Source: a virus
Direction: 5' to 3' (one strand)
Length of the DNA: 64,000 nt
IMG/VR virus record: IMGVR_UViG_3300045988_141012
The notes below the pieces were generated by a model, which did not search any database, was not told where the DNA came from, and saw only the letters and a list, made by a program, of their open reading frames with translations. Shown piece by piece: positions 63,030-64,000 of the stretch; the first letter of the stretch is position 1; each line of letters starts with the position of its first letter. The position numbers and the translations under genes were made by a program.

Positions 63030-63797
63030 ATGAAAACAATCAAAGAAACAAAATTAAATACTATATCATCATTGACAAATACTCACATGACAAAATTACT
63101 CCCACAAGAACTATCTATTTATTCAAAAAAAGAATATCAAAAGTGTCCTCATATTACGAAATGTTCTAAATCGTATGGTTTTGTATATTTGATGATATGT
63201 GACACTGCCCAATGTAAAATTGGAATTACACAAAATTTATATCAAAGATTGCAACAAATTAATCGACAACTAATTCCATCAAAAACAAAAATAATGTATT
63301 TATATGCTTCGCCTTTATGTATGAATACGTTAGACATCGAAAAAAATTTTAAAGAATATTTTAAAAATTATAATATAAGCGGAAATGACTCTAAGCATGA
63401 ATGGTTTGATAAAGCTTATATTGATTTATATTTAGAGTATTTAAACAATTCATATTTTGATTTTAACTTTCCTTCTTCACAACAAATCGAAAAAGAAATT
63501 GAAAACATACATAAATTTGCAAATATTATTTTTTCTAACTATATGGAAAATCCTGTTCCTTCTAATAATGATTATAACCAATTATTAAAAGAATATATAA
63601 ACACAACCAACAAGGCGGCTGAACAATTAAATGAAATACATGATATATTTAATTACATTTTTCCAAAGGAGTACAAAGATTCTATTGATTATATTTGCGA
63701 ATACAACAAAATTAGTCGATTAGAATTATTGAAGTTAAGTTTAATTATGTATATAAATAATTTTAATAGAAAAATTAAATCTTCAAACGGAGAATAA
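63030..63797 (+). CDS. T5orf172/GIY-YIG-like domain protein
   Basis: GFVYLMICDTAQCKIGITQNLYQRLQQINR ... HEWF; AAGGAG upstream. Confidence 0.55.
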   Translation: MKTIKETKLNTISSLTNTHMTKLLPQELSIYSKKEYQKCPHITKCSKSYGFVYLMICDTAQCKIGITQNLYQRLQQINRQLIPSKTKIMYLYASPLCMNTLDIEKNFKEYFKNYNISGNDSKHEWFDKAYIDLYLEYLNNSYFDFNFPSSQQIEKEIENIHKFANIIFSNYMENPVPSNNDYNQLLKEYINTTNKAAEQLNEIHDIFNYIFPKEYKDSIDYICEYNKISRLELLKLSLIMYINNFNRKIKSSNGE

Positions 63798-63870
63798 TAC
63801 AGTGACGAAGAATATATTTGACACTCTTGCAATGGAATTGTGTCAAGATAAAACAAAGGAGAATGATATT

Positions 63871-64000
63871 ATGAAAAACACAGCATTAGAAACAACAAAT
63901 TTTGATTTTTATGGAGATGAACTCATTGCAGTTCAAGATAACGCAACCGGCGAAATTTATACTTCTATCAATGCAGTTCTGAAAGGAATAGGATTTAAAG
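63871..64000 (+). CDS. Bro-N/antirepressor-like protein, N-terminal part (runs off the window end)
   Basis: AAAGGAGAATGATATT then ATG; FDFYGDELIAVQDNATGEIYTSINAVLKGIGF; an in-frame GTG at 63802 is an alternative start. Confidence 0.5.
   Translation, partial: MKNTALETTNFDFYGDELIAVQDNATGEIYTSINAVLKGIGFK

Noticed and set aside
1-64000. Alternative genetic code (stop-codon reassignment), prompted by in-frame TGA, TAG and TAA cases
   Set aside because: All large conserved genes (polymerase, helicases, MTase, integrase, both TnpB) are uninterrupted under the standard code. All three stops also serve as genuine terminators at gene junctions. The three odd cases use three different stops.
1-64000. 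tRNA, tmRNA, rRNA or CRISPR array
   Set aside because: I saw no cloverleaf-like GTTCGAATC-type T-arm strings and no spaced direct repeats by eye. This is a weak negative, and tRNAscan or CRISPR finders should confirm it.

Overview
This strongly AT-rich window holds more than 100 mostly small genes with almost no gaps, nearly all on the minus strand. I read it as the early/replication, accessory and lysogeny part of a large temperate phage or prophage of a low-GC Firmicute-like host; the host call is inference from composition and AGGAGG-type ribosome-binding sites.

Recognisable blocks, left to right:
- Replisome and recombination module (2.8-16 kb): HD hydrolase, RecD-like helicase, DnaE-like Pol III alpha, PD-(D/E)XK nuclease, primase, DnaB-like helicase, AAA ATPase and a putative SSB.
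- Multi-gene RNA repair island (16.6-20.5 kb): metallophosphoesterase, P-loop kinase-HD fusion, Pol-beta nucleotidyltransferase and an Rnl1-type ligase.
- DNA methylation cassette (22.6-26.6 kb): a Zn-finger-less TnpB, a decayed C5-MTase fragment, an intact Dcm, and a Dam gene split at a G8 run.
- About 14 kb of small genes, including two beta-helix repeat proteins with perfect DNA tandem repeats, YopX and a phosphodiester glycosidase.
- Head of the leftward operon (38-41 kb): sigma factor, DUF262/ParB-fold protein and a metallophosphoesterase.
- Lysogeny switch (41.5-44 kb): consensus promoters, an S24 LexA/CI-like repressor, two XRE proteins and an ImmA protease.
- YafQ/DinJ, a tyrosine integrase and an IS605-type TnpB element with visible end hairpins (44.5-49.8 kb).
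- More small genes, an orphan hicA in a higher-GC patch, a 1.1 kb non-coding region with a palindrome cluster and a G-depleted tract, then a switch to plus-strand genes.

No tRNA, rRNA or CRISPR array was seen by eye.

Caveat: several frame breaks sit exactly at homopolymer runs, so assembly indel error is a serious alternative to any biological reading of them. All family assignments rest on motifs read by eye; no database search was possible.
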